Below are positions 52,893 to 63,108 of a stretch of DNA of 64,000 nucleotides, one piece after another (the first letter of the stretch is position 1; each line of letters begins with the position of its first letter). The stretch is taken from contig OY820905.2 in assembly GCA_963555755.3 (NCBI GenBank), forward strand, positions 1,344,001-1,408,000. Direction: 5' to 3'. The notes below the pieces were generated by a model, which was not told where the DNA came from, made no database searches, and saw nothing but the letters and a program-made list of their open reading frames with translations. Position numbers and translations under genes: made by a program. This stretch comes from Nitrospirales bacterium. Lineage in GTDB: Bacteria; Nitrospirota; Nitrospiria; Nitrospirales; UBA8639.

Positions 52893-53276
52893 TTAGCTCT
52901 GTGAGGAAAGAAATTCTTCGTACTGTGCGGCAGTCATGAGACCGTCAACTTCGGCAGGTTTCGACAACTCTATCACGACAAGCCACCCTTGGCCGTAAGG
53001 TTCTTTATTGAGGTATTCCGGATGGTCTCCCAACTCGGTGTTCACGTGCACGATTTTCCCGCTCACAGGAGAGTAGACACTAGACGTCGCTTTAGTGGAC
53101 TCGACTTCGCCAATTTCTTGATCCTGCTCAATGGCGGCGTCTACCTGGGGCAATTCCACAAAGACCACATCGCCCAAGGCCTCCTGGGCAAAATCACTGA
53201 TCCCGATAGTGACCGTGTGGCCATCTTGTCGAACCCACTCATGCTCTTTGTGATATCGCAAATCCTCAGGAATCAT
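52893..53276 (-). CDS. gcvH: Glycine cleavage H protein
   Basis: HEWV, FAQEALGDVVFV, VESTKA lipoyl lysine, PYGQGW. Confidence 0.95.
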   Translation of the reverse strand: MIPEDLRYHKEHEWVRQDGHTVTIGISDFAQEALGDVVFVELPQVDAAIEQDQEIGEVESTKATSSVYSPVSGKIVHVNTELGDHPEYLNKEPYGQGWLVVIELSKPAEVDGLMTAAQYEEFLSSQS

Positions 53277-53343
53277 TCGACTCTCCTTTTTCTCTATTCA
53301 GAAAATTCAGGCCCTGATTTTCTAAAGAAGGGGGTAGGGATTG

Positions 53344-54840
53344 TCAAGGACCCGGGGAGATTTCTAAAATTTCTCCAACGCCCTCAGGCCAATCCATCGA
53401 TCCAGCTTCACCGTGGTTCAAAACGGAACCAAGATCAGAGTGGGCTCGTTGCTCTGGCTGGATCACCCACACTTTTTGAGGATCTTCTAAATAATCAACC
53501 ATCCGTTGAATCACATCCTGTTGGAACATCCGAGGGTTCGACTGAGACCACCTACGTGATTGTGTCTGAAAACCTGGGTGCGAAAGATCCGGGAAACGAA
53601 CCACAAAAAAATCAAAGGGTGCCTGAGCCATTTCTACCCAATCATCACTAAAGTGTGCCAAGGCATACACGGGGTCATGAATACTCTCTGGATGAATTTC
53701 TACACCAAATTGAAGGTGAGGAAATTGCACCCGAATGGTGTGCACTAATTCATTCATCACGCGAAGACGCTCACGCGATTTCCACCCAGCCCATTTCCAA
53801 AACATATCCGGATACGTGGGCATGGGCCTGTCCCGAATATCTTCTGCTGCGCGTTGTGACGTACGCACCGGCTTGCCACGCAGAAACAGTGTGGCCGGAT
53901 TGAGTGTGATGTCGAACGCACGTTCAAACTTCTTGACGGCAATAGGGCTTAATCCATCGCGTAATCCCAAAGGCACATCTTCCTGAAACACAATCCCCGC
54001 AATCTTGGATTGACTCAGCTTCGATAACATGTCTTGCAACGTGGTTTGATATCCCGACGAAAACAACGAAAAGTATGGGGAGATACCCACTCGTTGTGAC
54101 CGTGGATTAAATGACCAATCATGCAATTGGGGTATCTCCCCCACAGACTCCGGTGCAAACAATCCTAAGCAGGGAAGCGATACGCCAAGGTACACGGCTT
54201 GTCCCGCATACACGGCGTCTTCAATCACCGTGTCCAGATCTTGCCCAAGTTCGTTTTGCCAGTTCTGGCCCTCGCTCTCAGGCCCATCGGAATGTGGAAT
54301 AGATGGCCTATGAACCGGACATCCCAAATCAATCAGTAACACCGCACCCTTCCGTAAGCGAGTGTGGGCAATACCTGGGGACGCCTCTGTCTTCAGGGGC
54401 AGGTATTGAAATTTAACGGAAAACCCTTTGATGTGTGAAGACACCGGATCGAGCCCAAGAACCTCTATAAGATTTTGTGCCCGAAACCTAGCCTCTTGGC
54501 GATACAGGTGCCTTTTCGAAGACTGCGCTAATCTCTGGAAACGGGCTAACGCCAACCTGAGATTGCCCGATTGTTGATACGAGCGCGCAAGCCACCATTG
54601 GGCTTCCGGGGCCAGTGTCGATTTGCGATGGTTGTTCACAAAACGATTGAACAACAATACGGCCTCGGGATATTCCGCTCGAATAAACGCGAGTTTCGCA
54701 TCCTGAAGCAATCGCTCCTCGGCTTGAGCGCGCAACTCCTGCAACTCGACTTCCGGTGAGGGAGACTTGAAACAGCCTGAAAGAAACACGGTGAGGGAAA
54801 GGATCGTAATAAGAAATTTACTTTGTGCCGAAGAAAGCAT
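53344..54840 (-). CDS. Lipoprotein with TPR region and putative glycoside hydrolase-like C-terminal domain
   Basis: LSGC lipobox; AQWWLARSY TPR; GIVFQED and FWKWAGWK segments; C-terminal assignment is tentative. Confidence 0.65.
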   Translation of the reverse strand: MLSSAQSKFLITILSLTVFLSGCFKSPSPEVELQELRAQAEERLLQDAKLAFIRAEYPEAVLLFNRFVNNHRKSTLAPEAQWWLARSYQQSGNLRLALARFQRLAQSSKRHLYRQEARFRAQNLIEVLGLDPVSSHIKGFSVKFQYLPLKTEASPGIAHTRLRKGAVLLIDLGCPVHRPSIPHSDGPESEGQNWQNELGQDLDTVIEDAVYAGQAVYLGVSLPCLGLFAPESVGEIPQLHDWSFNPRSQRVGISPYFSLFSSGYQTTLQDMLSKLSQSKIAGIVFQEDVPLGLRDGLSPIAVKKFERAFDITLNPATLFLRGKPVRTSQRAAEDIRDRPMPTYPDMFWKWAGWKSRERLRVMNELVHTIRVQFPHLQFGVEIHPESIHDPVYALAHFSDDWVEMAQAPFDFFVVRFPDLSHPGFQTQSRRWSQSNPRMFQQDVIQRMVDYLEDPQKVWVIQPEQRAHSDLGSVLNHGEAGSMDWPEGVGEILEISPGP

Positions 54841-54927
54841 GAGATTGGTTTAGGCTACCCGAAGACCATCCTCGAGGGTGAAGGCTATTCAGACAGCACA
54901 AGAATCATAGAATAGTGCTCGCTTGGG

Positions 54928-55338
54928 TTACTTCAACTCAGGGAAGAAGTACCCCATTTCAAACTGCGCGGTTTCCGTGGCATCAGAGCCATGAACCGCA
55001 TTGGCTTCAATAGAAGCCCCATGGACTGCTCGAATGGTGCCAGCCTCGGCTTTTTTCGGATCGGTTGCGCCCATTAAATCGCGATTCTTCGTAATGGCAT
55101 TATCCCCTTCAAGCACTAACACGACAACAGGGCCTGAAGCCATATATGTGCATAAGTCATGAAAGAACGGACGTTCACGATGCACCGCATAAAACCCTTC
55201 TGCATCTTCCTTTGACAACTTCGTCATTTTCATAGCGATTGGGTGAAGCCCCGCGCCTTCATATCGTTGAATAATATCGCCGATTGCATGTTTGGCCATG
55301 GCATCCGGTTTAATAATCGCTAACGTTCTTTCGCTCAT
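54928..55338 (-). CDS. ndk: Nucleoside diphosphate kinase
   Basis: [18 protein letters not shown]. Confidence 0.97.
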   Translation of the reverse strand: MSERTLAIIKPDAMAKHAIGDIIQRYEGAGLHPIAMKMTKLSKEDAEGFYAVHRERPFFHDLCTYMASGPVVVLVLEGDNAITKNRDLMGATDPKKAEAGTIRAVHGASIEANAVHGSDATETAQFEMGYFFPELK

Positions 55339-55440
55339 GCCTGACAACCCTTTCTCGATGAGTAAATTCCCACCGAAATTCGATGGAGAGATGTGACACC
55401 TCACATGAGGCGTGGACCCATTTTTACCATAACCGCTGAC

Positions 55441-56745
55441 TTAGACCAACTGTTTCTCCTGATACAGAAACACCACTCCCGCGGGCTCAATTTTGAGGGA
55501 AGACCCGGCTAGAGATTCTGGACGGCAGAGATCCGCCCTACTGAGATCCACCACTTGGATCGCCCGACCCATCCCAGTCAGCTCATGTATAGCCAGATCG
55601 CCTGCATGCTCCCAATCCCTGTTGAGCACGATCCAGCCTGTTTGTCCTGGAGCATATTCCGATTCCCGCGAGAGAACGAGCAAGGAAGGATGGCCCACAT
55701 CCACCCGATTCAAGGTCCCCTCACCTTGCAACAGCGGGGTGTTCAATTTGATTTCATTCACGGCCCGGACAAATTGCTGTACATCCATGGTCCCCGCTTC
55801 CCAATCCGAAGGTTGCGTGTCGACGACATGAAGTCGTTTTTGAAAACCAAACTCATAGCCAATAGGCATCATCACCCCAGCGGAAAATGTCGAGGCAAAG
55901 GCATACCATTGGCGCTGGATCATTTCCAACCCGTTGGTGTCATGAGCGAGACGATCGGTGTCATGGGTTTCGGGAAATGATATCGACGGGACATCTTCAA
56001 ATTCTCGATGTTGGTCAAGGCACCAGGCATCCTGAAAGTTCCACCATTTCGAATTATTACAAAAAAATTGAAACCCTGCGGCTCGCAACGCTCGCGTTTG
56101 GTCAACGGTACAGCCTAAATTCTCGGCCCAGAACACAGCGTTGGGATTGACCTTCCGTGCTTCGTGGATCAACACACGCCACAATTCCGCAGGAACCTGA
56201 TAGGCCGCATCACATCGAAACCCGTGAAACCCCAGATCAAGATACCGAAGAACAAGGTCAGTCCAAAATTGCCATAGCCCCGCTGGATCGCTGGAACTCC
56301 CATTATCGACAATGGCCAAATCCCCCCACACGGTTGTCAGGCTGGGATCATTAGGATCGACAGCACAGGGATTTTTCACATGGCCATCGGAATCCCATTG
56401 AAACCAAGCCGGATGTTCATGAATGAGTGGCGAATCAATCGCAGTATGGTTGATGACCAGATCCACCATCGGATGAAGCCCAAGGTCTCCCATTTCCCGA
56501 AGTACCGGTTTCAATACATCCAATGCCTGGCTTTGAGAAGCAGGTGGAACAAAAATCGGATTGAGTCGCCCATACTCCTTTGTGGAGTACAGGCTTCCCG
56601 AAAAACCCGGATAGGTGACGGGGTTGATGTACATCCAATTGAAACCCATCGATGCCGCTCGTGTCGCATGGGAAACCCAGTGGTCACACGAACCTGCCAA
56701 GCGAGGGAATAGATTATAAATGAGAGGCGTACGGAGGTAGTCCAA
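55441..56745 (-). CDS. GH13 alpha-amylase family protein
   Basis: DLVINHT, GFRCDAA, WAE, ETHD. Confidence 0.9.
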   Translation of the reverse strand: MDYLRTPLIYNLFPRLAGSCDHWVSHATRAASMGFNWMYINPVTYPGFSGSLYSTKEYGRLNPIFVPPASQSQALDVLKPVLREMGDLGLHPMVDLVINHTAIDSPLIHEHPAWFQWDSDGHVKNPCAVDPNDPSLTTVWGDLAIVDNGSSSDPAGLWQFWTDLVLRYLDLGFHGFRCDAAYQVPAELWRVLIHEARKVNPNAVFWAENLGCTVDQTRALRAAGFQFFCNNSKWWNFQDAWCLDQHREFEDVPSISFPETHDTDRLAHDTNGLEMIQRQWYAFASTFSAGVMMPIGYEFGFQKRLHVVDTQPSDWEAGTMDVQQFVRAVNEIKLNTPLLQGEGTLNRVDVGHPSLLVLSRESEYAPGQTGWIVLNRDWEHAGDLAIHELTGMGRAIQVVDLSRADLCRPESLAGSSLKIEPAGVVFLYQEKQLV

Positions 56746-56757
56746 GATTTTTGGAAA

Positions 56758-57207
56758 TTAGCAGGATCGTTCTTCAGGTCTGGTATCCCTACCAGGCCCT
56801 GCCGTGACTTCGATAAGACCGACATTTTTGACATTTGCACATAAATCACCAAGCCCTGGAGTCACCAGCCGAAACGGGCCGCCTTTGTCGGAAGGTAAAG
56901 GCTCCCCATCAACTTGATACACCACAATACCGTAGTTTTTGGCTTGGTCAAGAGTCAGACTAGCTGAGTATTGACCATCGTGAGAAAAAAACGTCACATG
57001 ATCGGCATTCGACTCGAAGGTCGCCAAATCCAGCAGGCCAGCAACCTTCACGCCTTTACCTCGCATGCTCGGCATCAACATGCTGATATCTTCCACATGA
57101 AACTCAGGGCGAAGATGAGCAAAGGTTGCCTCATCAATACTCAATGGTTTCATCCCCGCCCCAACAAGCTCCAGAGTGGCGTGTTGTGGCTCTTTGGATA
57201 TCGTCAT
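56758..57207 (-). CDS. Molybdopterin-dependent oxidoreductase-like small domain protein
   Basis: DGEPLPSDKGGPFRLVTPG..NVK. Confidence 0.75.
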   Translation of the reverse strand: MTISKEPQHATLELVGAGMKPLSIDEATFAHLRPEFHVEDISMLMPSMRGKGVKVAGLLDLATFESNADHVTFFSHDGQYSASLTLDQAKNYGIVVYQVDGEPLPSDKGGPFRLVTPGLGDLCANVKNVGLIEVTAGPGRDTRPEERSC

Positions 57208-57370
57208 GAAAATAGTTAACTATCTGATTTCTTGAAGAAAATATGCGATTCTATCAGTTGTACAGAACGCCAGAAATCCTGACGCCCGGTCCACGCTGTA
57301 GCTCCCTGGACCGCAACCGATAGAACAAATAGAACCAATCATTCAAAAACCCATCCAAATACAATAGGGA

Positions 57371-58258
57371 ATGGGTAAAATTGCACATGAACCCGTAAAA
57401 AACTCTTGCGAAGCGACGAGGAACCATGAGAACATGGAACCTTGGTCAGGTCACCCCCAACAACTATTTATAATGATAGGAGTGGGTTTGATGTTTTCGT
57501 TCTTTCCTCAAGCACCGGGTAAGCCCTTCCGCCCTACGAATGAAACCATAAAGTTGGTGTTGAAGGATCTTGTCTCGTACGCTATCCTTCTTTCCCCCAT
57601 TGTGTTGTTGTGGAGTTCCTCCCTCTTCCCGGTTTCCACCCCGGTGGTCACTGAACAGCGACCGACCCTTACCGCACCCCCATCAGACCTTCCCTGGTTT
57701 GACGTCCAGCGATTTCAATATCATGTACAAACACGCCTTCCGCTGTACCAGGACCAATTTGAACAGGTATCGAAACAATATGGGCTCCCCTGGAAACTCC
57801 TTGCTGCTCAGGCCTATCAAGAATCTCGCTGGGATCGGTCTGCCACCAGTCCAACTGGGGTTCGTGGACTGATGATGTTGACCCTCGACACGGCCTCTTC
57901 GTTAGGCATTGAGAATCGGCTTGATCCCCAAAAAAGTATTGAAGGTGGCGCCCGGTACTTTGCGTACCTCCAAAATCAAGTCCACGACACCATAGGAAAC
58001 GCGGATCGAACCTGGATTGCTCTTGCCGCGTATAATGTCGGCATGGGCCATATCAAGGATGCTCAACATCTCGCAGTGAGCATGAACAAAAATCCGTATT
58101 CCTGGAACGACTTAAAAACCGTCCTCCCACTCCTGGCTCAAAAGCAGTACTATCAAACCCTTCAGTATGGTTACGCCCGTGGAGGGGAACCGGTTCAATA
58201 TGTCAAACGGATTCGAGCCTATCATGCCCTGCTCGAACACTTCCTCCGTGAAATTTAA
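57371..58258 (+). CDS. MltF-like lytic transglycosylase (SLT domain; start uncertain)
   Basis: AYQESRW, SPTGVRGLMML, AAYNVG, YGYARG. Confidence 0.9.
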   Translation: MGKIAHEPVKNSCEATRNHENMEPWSGHPQQLFIMIGVGLMFSFFPQAPGKPFRPTNETIKLVLKDLVSYAILLSPIVLLWSSSLFPVSTPVVTEQRPTLTAPPSDLPWFDVQRFQYHVQTRLPLYQDQFEQVSKQYGLPWKLLAAQAYQESRWDRSATSPTGVRGLMMLTLDTASSLGIENRLDPQKSIEGGARYFAYLQNQVHDTIGNADRTWIALAAYNVGMGHIKDAQHLAVSMNKNPYSWNDLKTVLPLLAQKQYYQTLQYGYARGGEPVQYVKRIRAYHALLEHFLREI

Positions 58259-58259
58259 A

Positions 58260-58379
58260 GGGATGTTGAAAAAGGGCGTCAGCGGCGTTCTCGGCCCTTT
58301 GTCGTGCTCACGTACTATGAGTACGCTCCGCGCGCCAAAGTCCCTGCGGCCTTGCTGAGCGCACCTTTTTGAACATCCC
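58260..58379. repeat. MITE family E copy (inverted)
   Basis: Reverse-complement homolog of 14671-14790. Confidence 0.85.
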
Positions 58380-58470
58380 CTGTTGCTCTCCCTGAAAATT
58401 TTCAATTACCCAAACCGTTTCCCTAACGTTCGGCTTGTCTTTCAACAATCGATTCGCGGTCGGATCCTTA

Positions 58471-58628
58471 GGGCTCGCGCGAGAATAACTTCCCCTGTTT
58501 GGACGCCGATCCATCCTGTCTGGCGGCGTTGCTCGTCCTTTCCATAGGAAGGAGTATGCGCAGTCCTCGCGCCTTGCCAGACAGGCGTCTCAGCACCCAA
58601 ACAGGGGAAGTTATTCTTGCGCGAACCC
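58471..58628. repeat. MITE family G
   Basis: TIR GGG(C/T)TCGCGC(G/A)AGAATAACTTCCCCTGTTTGG; flanks TTA/TCA; partial copy near 28513. Confidence 0.85.
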
Positions 58629-59978
58629 TCACTCCCGTATTTGACCGGACCCAAACACAACATATTTTGAACAGGTCAAATCCTCAAGCCCCATCGGGCC
58701 CCGTGCATGAAGGCGGGTGGTACTAATTCCGATTTCAGCCCCAAGGCCGAATTCATAGCCATCATTCAATCTGGATGAAGCATTGACCATCACCGCCCCA
58801 GCATCCACTTCTCGCGTAAACCTGAGCGCACGGCCATAATTGTTCGTCACGATCACCTCAGTATGGTGAGATCCATACTGCCGGATATGCTCCATGGCTT
58901 GGTCCATATCTTTGACCACTTTCACCGCAAGCGTGAGGGATAAAAATTCTTGCCCATAGTCTTCATCTGTGGCGGGAATGGCCTGAGGAATCAAGTCGCA
59001 GGTTTTTTCACAACCGCGAATTTCCACCTTGGCTTCAACAAGATCATTGCCAAGTTTCGTCAAAAGGTTTCGAGCCACTTGGCGGTGAACCAGAAGCGTT
59101 TCCATGGCATTGCACGTGGAGGGCCGCTGCACTTTCGCATTGAACGCAATCGAGTGAGCCATGTCCAGATCAACATCATCATCCACATAGACGTGACAGA
59201 CCCCTTTATCATGTTTAATGACCGGAATGGAGGTGTTCTCCGAGATGATGTTCATCAAGGACTCTCCACCTCGAGGAATGATCAAATCGATCAAATCATC
59301 CCTTTTGAGCAATTCAAGGACCGCAACACGTTCCGCTCGTTCCACAAAGGAAATCGCGCCCTCTGGGATATCTGCCTTTTTCACCGCTGCTGACAAAACG
59401 TTGGCGATAGCCGTATTCGAATGAATCGCCTCCGAGCCACCACGAAGTACGCAAACATTGCCGGATTTAAGGCACAGGGCCGCCGCATCGGCCGTCACAT
59501 TGGGCCGCGATTCATAAATAATTCCAATGACACCAATAGGAACCCGCACTTTCCCCACTTTCATCCCATTCGGACGCTGCCGCATACCCAGAGATTCCCC
59601 AACAGGATCCCGCAACTCCGCAATGGCTCGAATCCCGGAGGCCATCGCGTCAATGCGTTCAGGCGTCAGGCGTAATCGATCAGCCATGGCTTCACGACCA
59701 TTGCTGCTATCAAAAGCCTCAAGGTCTTTCTCATTGGCCTCAATAATGTCCTCAGAGGCCTGTTCCAGGCCATCGGCCATGGCAAGAAGCGCTTGATTTT
59801 TCACCGCGGCCGTCAGAGAGGCAAGACGTGGGGCGGCAGATCGGGCGGTTTTCAAGAGGTCTTCAATATACGTCGGCGTATCGACTTTTTCTTGCTCGGG
59901 TTCCGACCCTTCGCCTTCAGTCGGTTCTTCTAACTCATCATTTTCTAACTCTGTAGATTGAACGTCGTCAGTATCCAT
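58629..59978 (-). CDS. proA: Gamma-glutamyl phosphate reductase
   Basis: IYESRPNVT, LRGGSEA, CNAMET, GAEIGIST, HARGPMGL. Confidence 0.96.
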   Translation of the reverse strand: MDTDDVQSTELENDELEEPTEGEGSEPEQEKVDTPTYIEDLLKTARSAAPRLASLTAAVKNQALLAMADGLEQASEDIIEANEKDLEAFDSSNGREAMADRLRLTPERIDAMASGIRAIAELRDPVGESLGMRQRPNGMKVGKVRVPIGVIGIIYESRPNVTADAAALCLKSGNVCVLRGGSEAIHSNTAIANVLSAAVKKADIPEGAISFVERAERVAVLELLKRDDLIDLIIPRGGESLMNIISENTSIPVIKHDKGVCHVYVDDDVDLDMAHSIAFNAKVQRPSTCNAMETLLVHRQVARNLLTKLGNDLVEAKVEIRGCEKTCDLIPQAIPATDEDYGQEFLSLTLAVKVVKDMDQAMEHIRQYGSHHTEVIVTNNYGRALRFTREVDAGAVMVNASSRLNDGYEFGLGAEIGISTTRLHARGPMGLEDLTCSKYVVFGSGQIRE

Positions 59979-60412
59979 TACAGTAATGCTCCCGCCCGAA
60001 TTAAATGGTAATGTCCGTGATGCAGTAAGAACCAGCCCCCCCAGCAACTTTCAGATCATGACAAGGGCTCTAGCATTTATGCCGACATGCTAAACAGAGG
60101 CCAAACTCTTGATGTCTGTGTGAGGTCCTCGAACTATTGTCTTGGTACATGAGCTCCCCGGCACACGCCTTACCAACAAACTATTTTGGTTAGGGATTGA
60201 GAATACCGGTGCATTAAGAAATCCGTCAAGCAAGAGGCCCGGCTTATTCCCCGAACGGGTGAACATAATCATTTGTGACGCGTCACGTGAAACGTAAGAC
60301 TTGAACAACTTAAACAATACGGGGAAAATCCTCACCTTCCTCTTCTCAGCTCTGATACAATAGAGAGAACTTGCTCTAACAGTCTCTAAAAAGTAACTGC
60401 TGAGCGACCATC

Positions 60413-61087
60413 ATGAAATTAAAACGTGACCATTTGAAATCCATTCCCCTCTTTTCGGAACTCACCAACACGGAACTCGATCTTATCTTAGCCAGCGCCC
60501 GAGAACAGCGGTACCCGCGTGGGAGTATAGTTTTTTATGAAGGGGACCCTGGCGATTTTCTTATGGTCGTGCTGACGGGAAAAGTCAAAGTTGTCCTGCT
60601 GGGAAAAGAAGGCCAAGAAATCATTCTCGCCCTGTTGGGGCCTCGCGACTTTTTTGGAGAAATGGCCATTCTGGAATCCGCACCTCGTTCAGCCACGGTT
60701 ATGACCATCGAGGCATCAGAGTTTTTATGCCTGGCCCAACAAAATTTTACCACACTGCTGCAGAACCACCCTCCCATCAGCATGAAGATTCTCAAGCATC
60801 TATCCGAACGACTCCGCCAAGCCAATGAGCAGATTCGGAGCCTGGCCATGTTTGATATCTATGGCCGCATCGCTCAATGCCTCCTACGATTGGGACAAAC
60901 ACAGGGCCAGCGCCTAGATGGGAAACTCGTCATCACCGACCGTCCCTCCTTCAAAGAACTGTCTCATATGATCGGATGTTCCAGAGAAACCGTCAGCCGA
61001 GCCATGAAAGTCCTCCAAGAAGACGGGTATCTCATCGTGACCCGCAAAGACATCACCATTACGCGCCCCTGGCACAATCCCAAGTAA
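60413..61087 (+). CDS. Crp/Fnr family regulator
   Basis: FFGEMA, PRSA, GCSRETVSR HTH. Confidence 0.94.
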   Translation: MKLKRDHLKSIPLFSELTNTELDLILASAREQRYPRGSIVFYEGDPGDFLMVVLTGKVKVVLLGKEGQEIILALLGPRDFFGEMAILESAPRSATVMTIEASEFLCLAQQNFTTLLQNHPPISMKILKHLSERLRQANEQIRSLAMFDIYGRIAQCLLRLGQTQGQRLDGKLVITDRPSFKELSHMIGCSRETVSRAMKVLQEDGYLIVTRKDITITRPWHNPK

Positions 61088-61292
61088 GAAAGACGTACAG
61101 CCCTTTCCAAGAATGCCAGTGTTTGGTTAGCTCACGGCAATAGGCCTGCGCCATGGTTTTCTATGCGTACCTTCCAATGCTGCTTGATTTTTTTCGAGGT
61201 TTCCTGATACACCTCTCCCACACGTATCGGTTTAGCACTAACTCTATTGCGACACTGATCCCTCCGGTCTGCTAGTCCATAACTTGCCATGT

Positions 61293-61368
61293 GCCGAGGT
61301 AGCTCAGTTGGCAGAGCACAGCCCTGAAAAGGCTGGTGTCGACAGTTCGATTCTGTCCCTCGGCACCA
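61293..61368 (+). tRNA. tRNA-Phe(GAA)
   Basis: Cloverleaf with anticodon loop CTGAAAA, TTCGATT T-loop and encoded CCA. Confidence 0.96.
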
Positions 61369-61614
61369 TAATATATATTCAAAAATTAGGTCACATCGAA
61401 ATCATCACCTCCCCCTTGCCTTCGAAAATAGTTGGTGGGCCCGACCTGTAACCCCGTGCAACACCATCGTGCGTGACTACCGGGTTGGAATCCAATTTTC
61501 GTCAACTCATACCTCATCGCCACCCACTTGATCAGACACACGGTTTGACAATACCTGAAAGAAGGGGACCATTTAGCCTTTCATGATTTCAATCCTTATT
61601 GAGCTAGATACCCA

Positions 61615-62292
61615 TTGACCTTGGCCAGAGAAAGCCGTCATTCTGAAGATGACCACCCTAAGCCGATCGGAACTTCGGCCAAAGTGCATCACCATTCATT
61701 CGCAAAGGAGTCAGAAGGATTCCCGATGGGCATTGACATTGCTGAGCAAACCGAGACGTTTCATGTCCCTTTTGGATCACCGAACAGCGAGGGCACGCCT
61801 GAAACTAGTTATGTGGATGTGAAAGCGCATCCCGAATGGATTCCCGTACTCCCTTCCTGCCTAGGATGGCCAGAAACACAAGCGTTGCTCAAAATCATAA
61901 ACTCGCCAAACTCACCATTCATGAGCCTCGCAACCGATCAGGGATTTACTTGGGGGGAAGCCGTGGAGAGGCAAAGAGTACTCACGTCCTTTGTCGCCGT
62001 GTGCTTTGCCGATGTCTTACACAATACCAAAGAGACGATCAGAGATTTTGCGCAAGCTCTTCAACACCGATTGGATACCCTCCTGCAACACACGTGTAAC
62101 AAGTTTGGGCAACGCTTACACATCAAAATCCGCCTGGAACTCCAACCAACTCGATTTCATGATCATGAATTCGAGGGATGGAGCCTCATGATTGTGATGG
62201 CGGCCTCGGCCAATGAAAAACGATTGGCCCGCTACCATTGGGGACTGGCCATGACCGGGCTGGAGACCGCGATGAAAGAGTATGACCACTGA
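61615..62292 (+). CDS. Hypothetical protein (start uncertain)
   Basis: Long ORF with protein-like composition. Confidence 0.65.
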   Translation: MTLARESRHSEDDHPKPIGTSAKVHHHSFAKESEGFPMGIDIAEQTETFHVPFGSPNSEGTPETSYVDVKAHPEWIPVLPSCLGWPETQALLKIINSPNSPFMSLATDQGFTWGEAVERQRVLTSFVAVCFADVLHNTKETIRDFAQALQHRLDTLLQHTCNKFGQRLHIKIRLELQPTRFHDHEFEGWSLMIVMAASANEKRLARYHWGLAMTGLETAMKEYDH

Positions 62293-62391
62293 GGCTGGTG
62301 GCTTGAGCTTTTTTCACGCCTTTGATTATTCCCCAATGCCTATCTACGGTATTTTGTGTATTTTGACAGCGTGATTTAACGGCCACTATTT

Positions 62392-62685
62392 TCAAGCAGC
62401 ACGAAAAGCCGCCTTTTCAAGTAATTCATGGATAAGCGTCTGATAGGGTTTCTTTTGTTTGGCCGCCATCCGACGAATGGCCATTAAAAGCTGAGGCGAT
62501 AATCGAATAGCAATGAGTTGCTTCCCTTCCTTACTCTTGGGCCGCCCAACACGACGAGCTCGTTGAAGTTCGTCATCCGTGGATTCCGGAATATCCGAAA
62601 AATCAATCTGGCGATTGGGTATAGGCCGCGCGCTCTTTGCGGCTGGCTGGCCTTGCACCGATGATCCGGATAGTTTCTTTGCCAT
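62392..62685 (-). CDS. brnA: BrnA-family antitoxin
   Basis: IDFSDIPE..GRP..IAIRL..PYQTLI. Confidence 0.88.
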   Translation of the reverse strand: MAKKLSGSSVQGQPAAKSARPIPNRQIDFSDIPESTDDELQRARRVGRPKSKEGKQLIAIRLSPQLLMAIRRMAAKQKKPYQTLIHELLEKAAFRAA

Positions 62686-62893
62686 GGTTGGTTCTCCTTA
62701 TGGTGTAGACAACTAATAGTATTCGACCGGTTATCGATTGTCCCACGCGTTTGGACCTTTTTTCTTGCTGGGAATGTATCAGGTCCTCCCAATCCAGGCC
62801 ATCTGGATCCACGAAGATTGTTGCGGCTTCTTCAAATGGGACGCCATGTTTTTCAAAGTTGGTAATAGCTTTCTGAATGTCCCAAGCAAACAT
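62603..62893 (-). CDS. brnT: BrnT-family toxin
   Basis: FAWD..K...N..KHGVPFEEA, IRIIGAR..ER..Y. Confidence 0.9.
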   Translation of the reverse strand: MFAWDIQKAITNFEKHGVPFEEAATIFVDPDGLDWEDLIHSQQEKRSKRVGQSITGRILLVVYTIRRTNHGKETIRIIGARPASRKERAAYTQSPD

Positions 62894-63108
62894 ATTTTTG
62901 TATATACATGAATAGGGATGAAATACGCAATTGTTTAGTGTTTTTTGAGTGCCGAGCGAGACAGTTAGTAGTGTTGGGAAAGTGGGAAAATCGGGGCTAT
63001 CCCAGACTTTGTTTAATTGAAATGTTGTGTTTTGCAGTATGCGAGTGAAACATAAATTCGTGGCTGACCCTGGTTCTTTAGGGGGCAGCGGGCTTGAGTC
63101 AATTCTGA

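Noticed and set aside
60275..60286. CRP site upstream of the Crp gene
   Set aside because: The palindrome GTGACGCGTCAC has a 4-bp rather than 6-bp half-site spacing, so it cannot be assigned.
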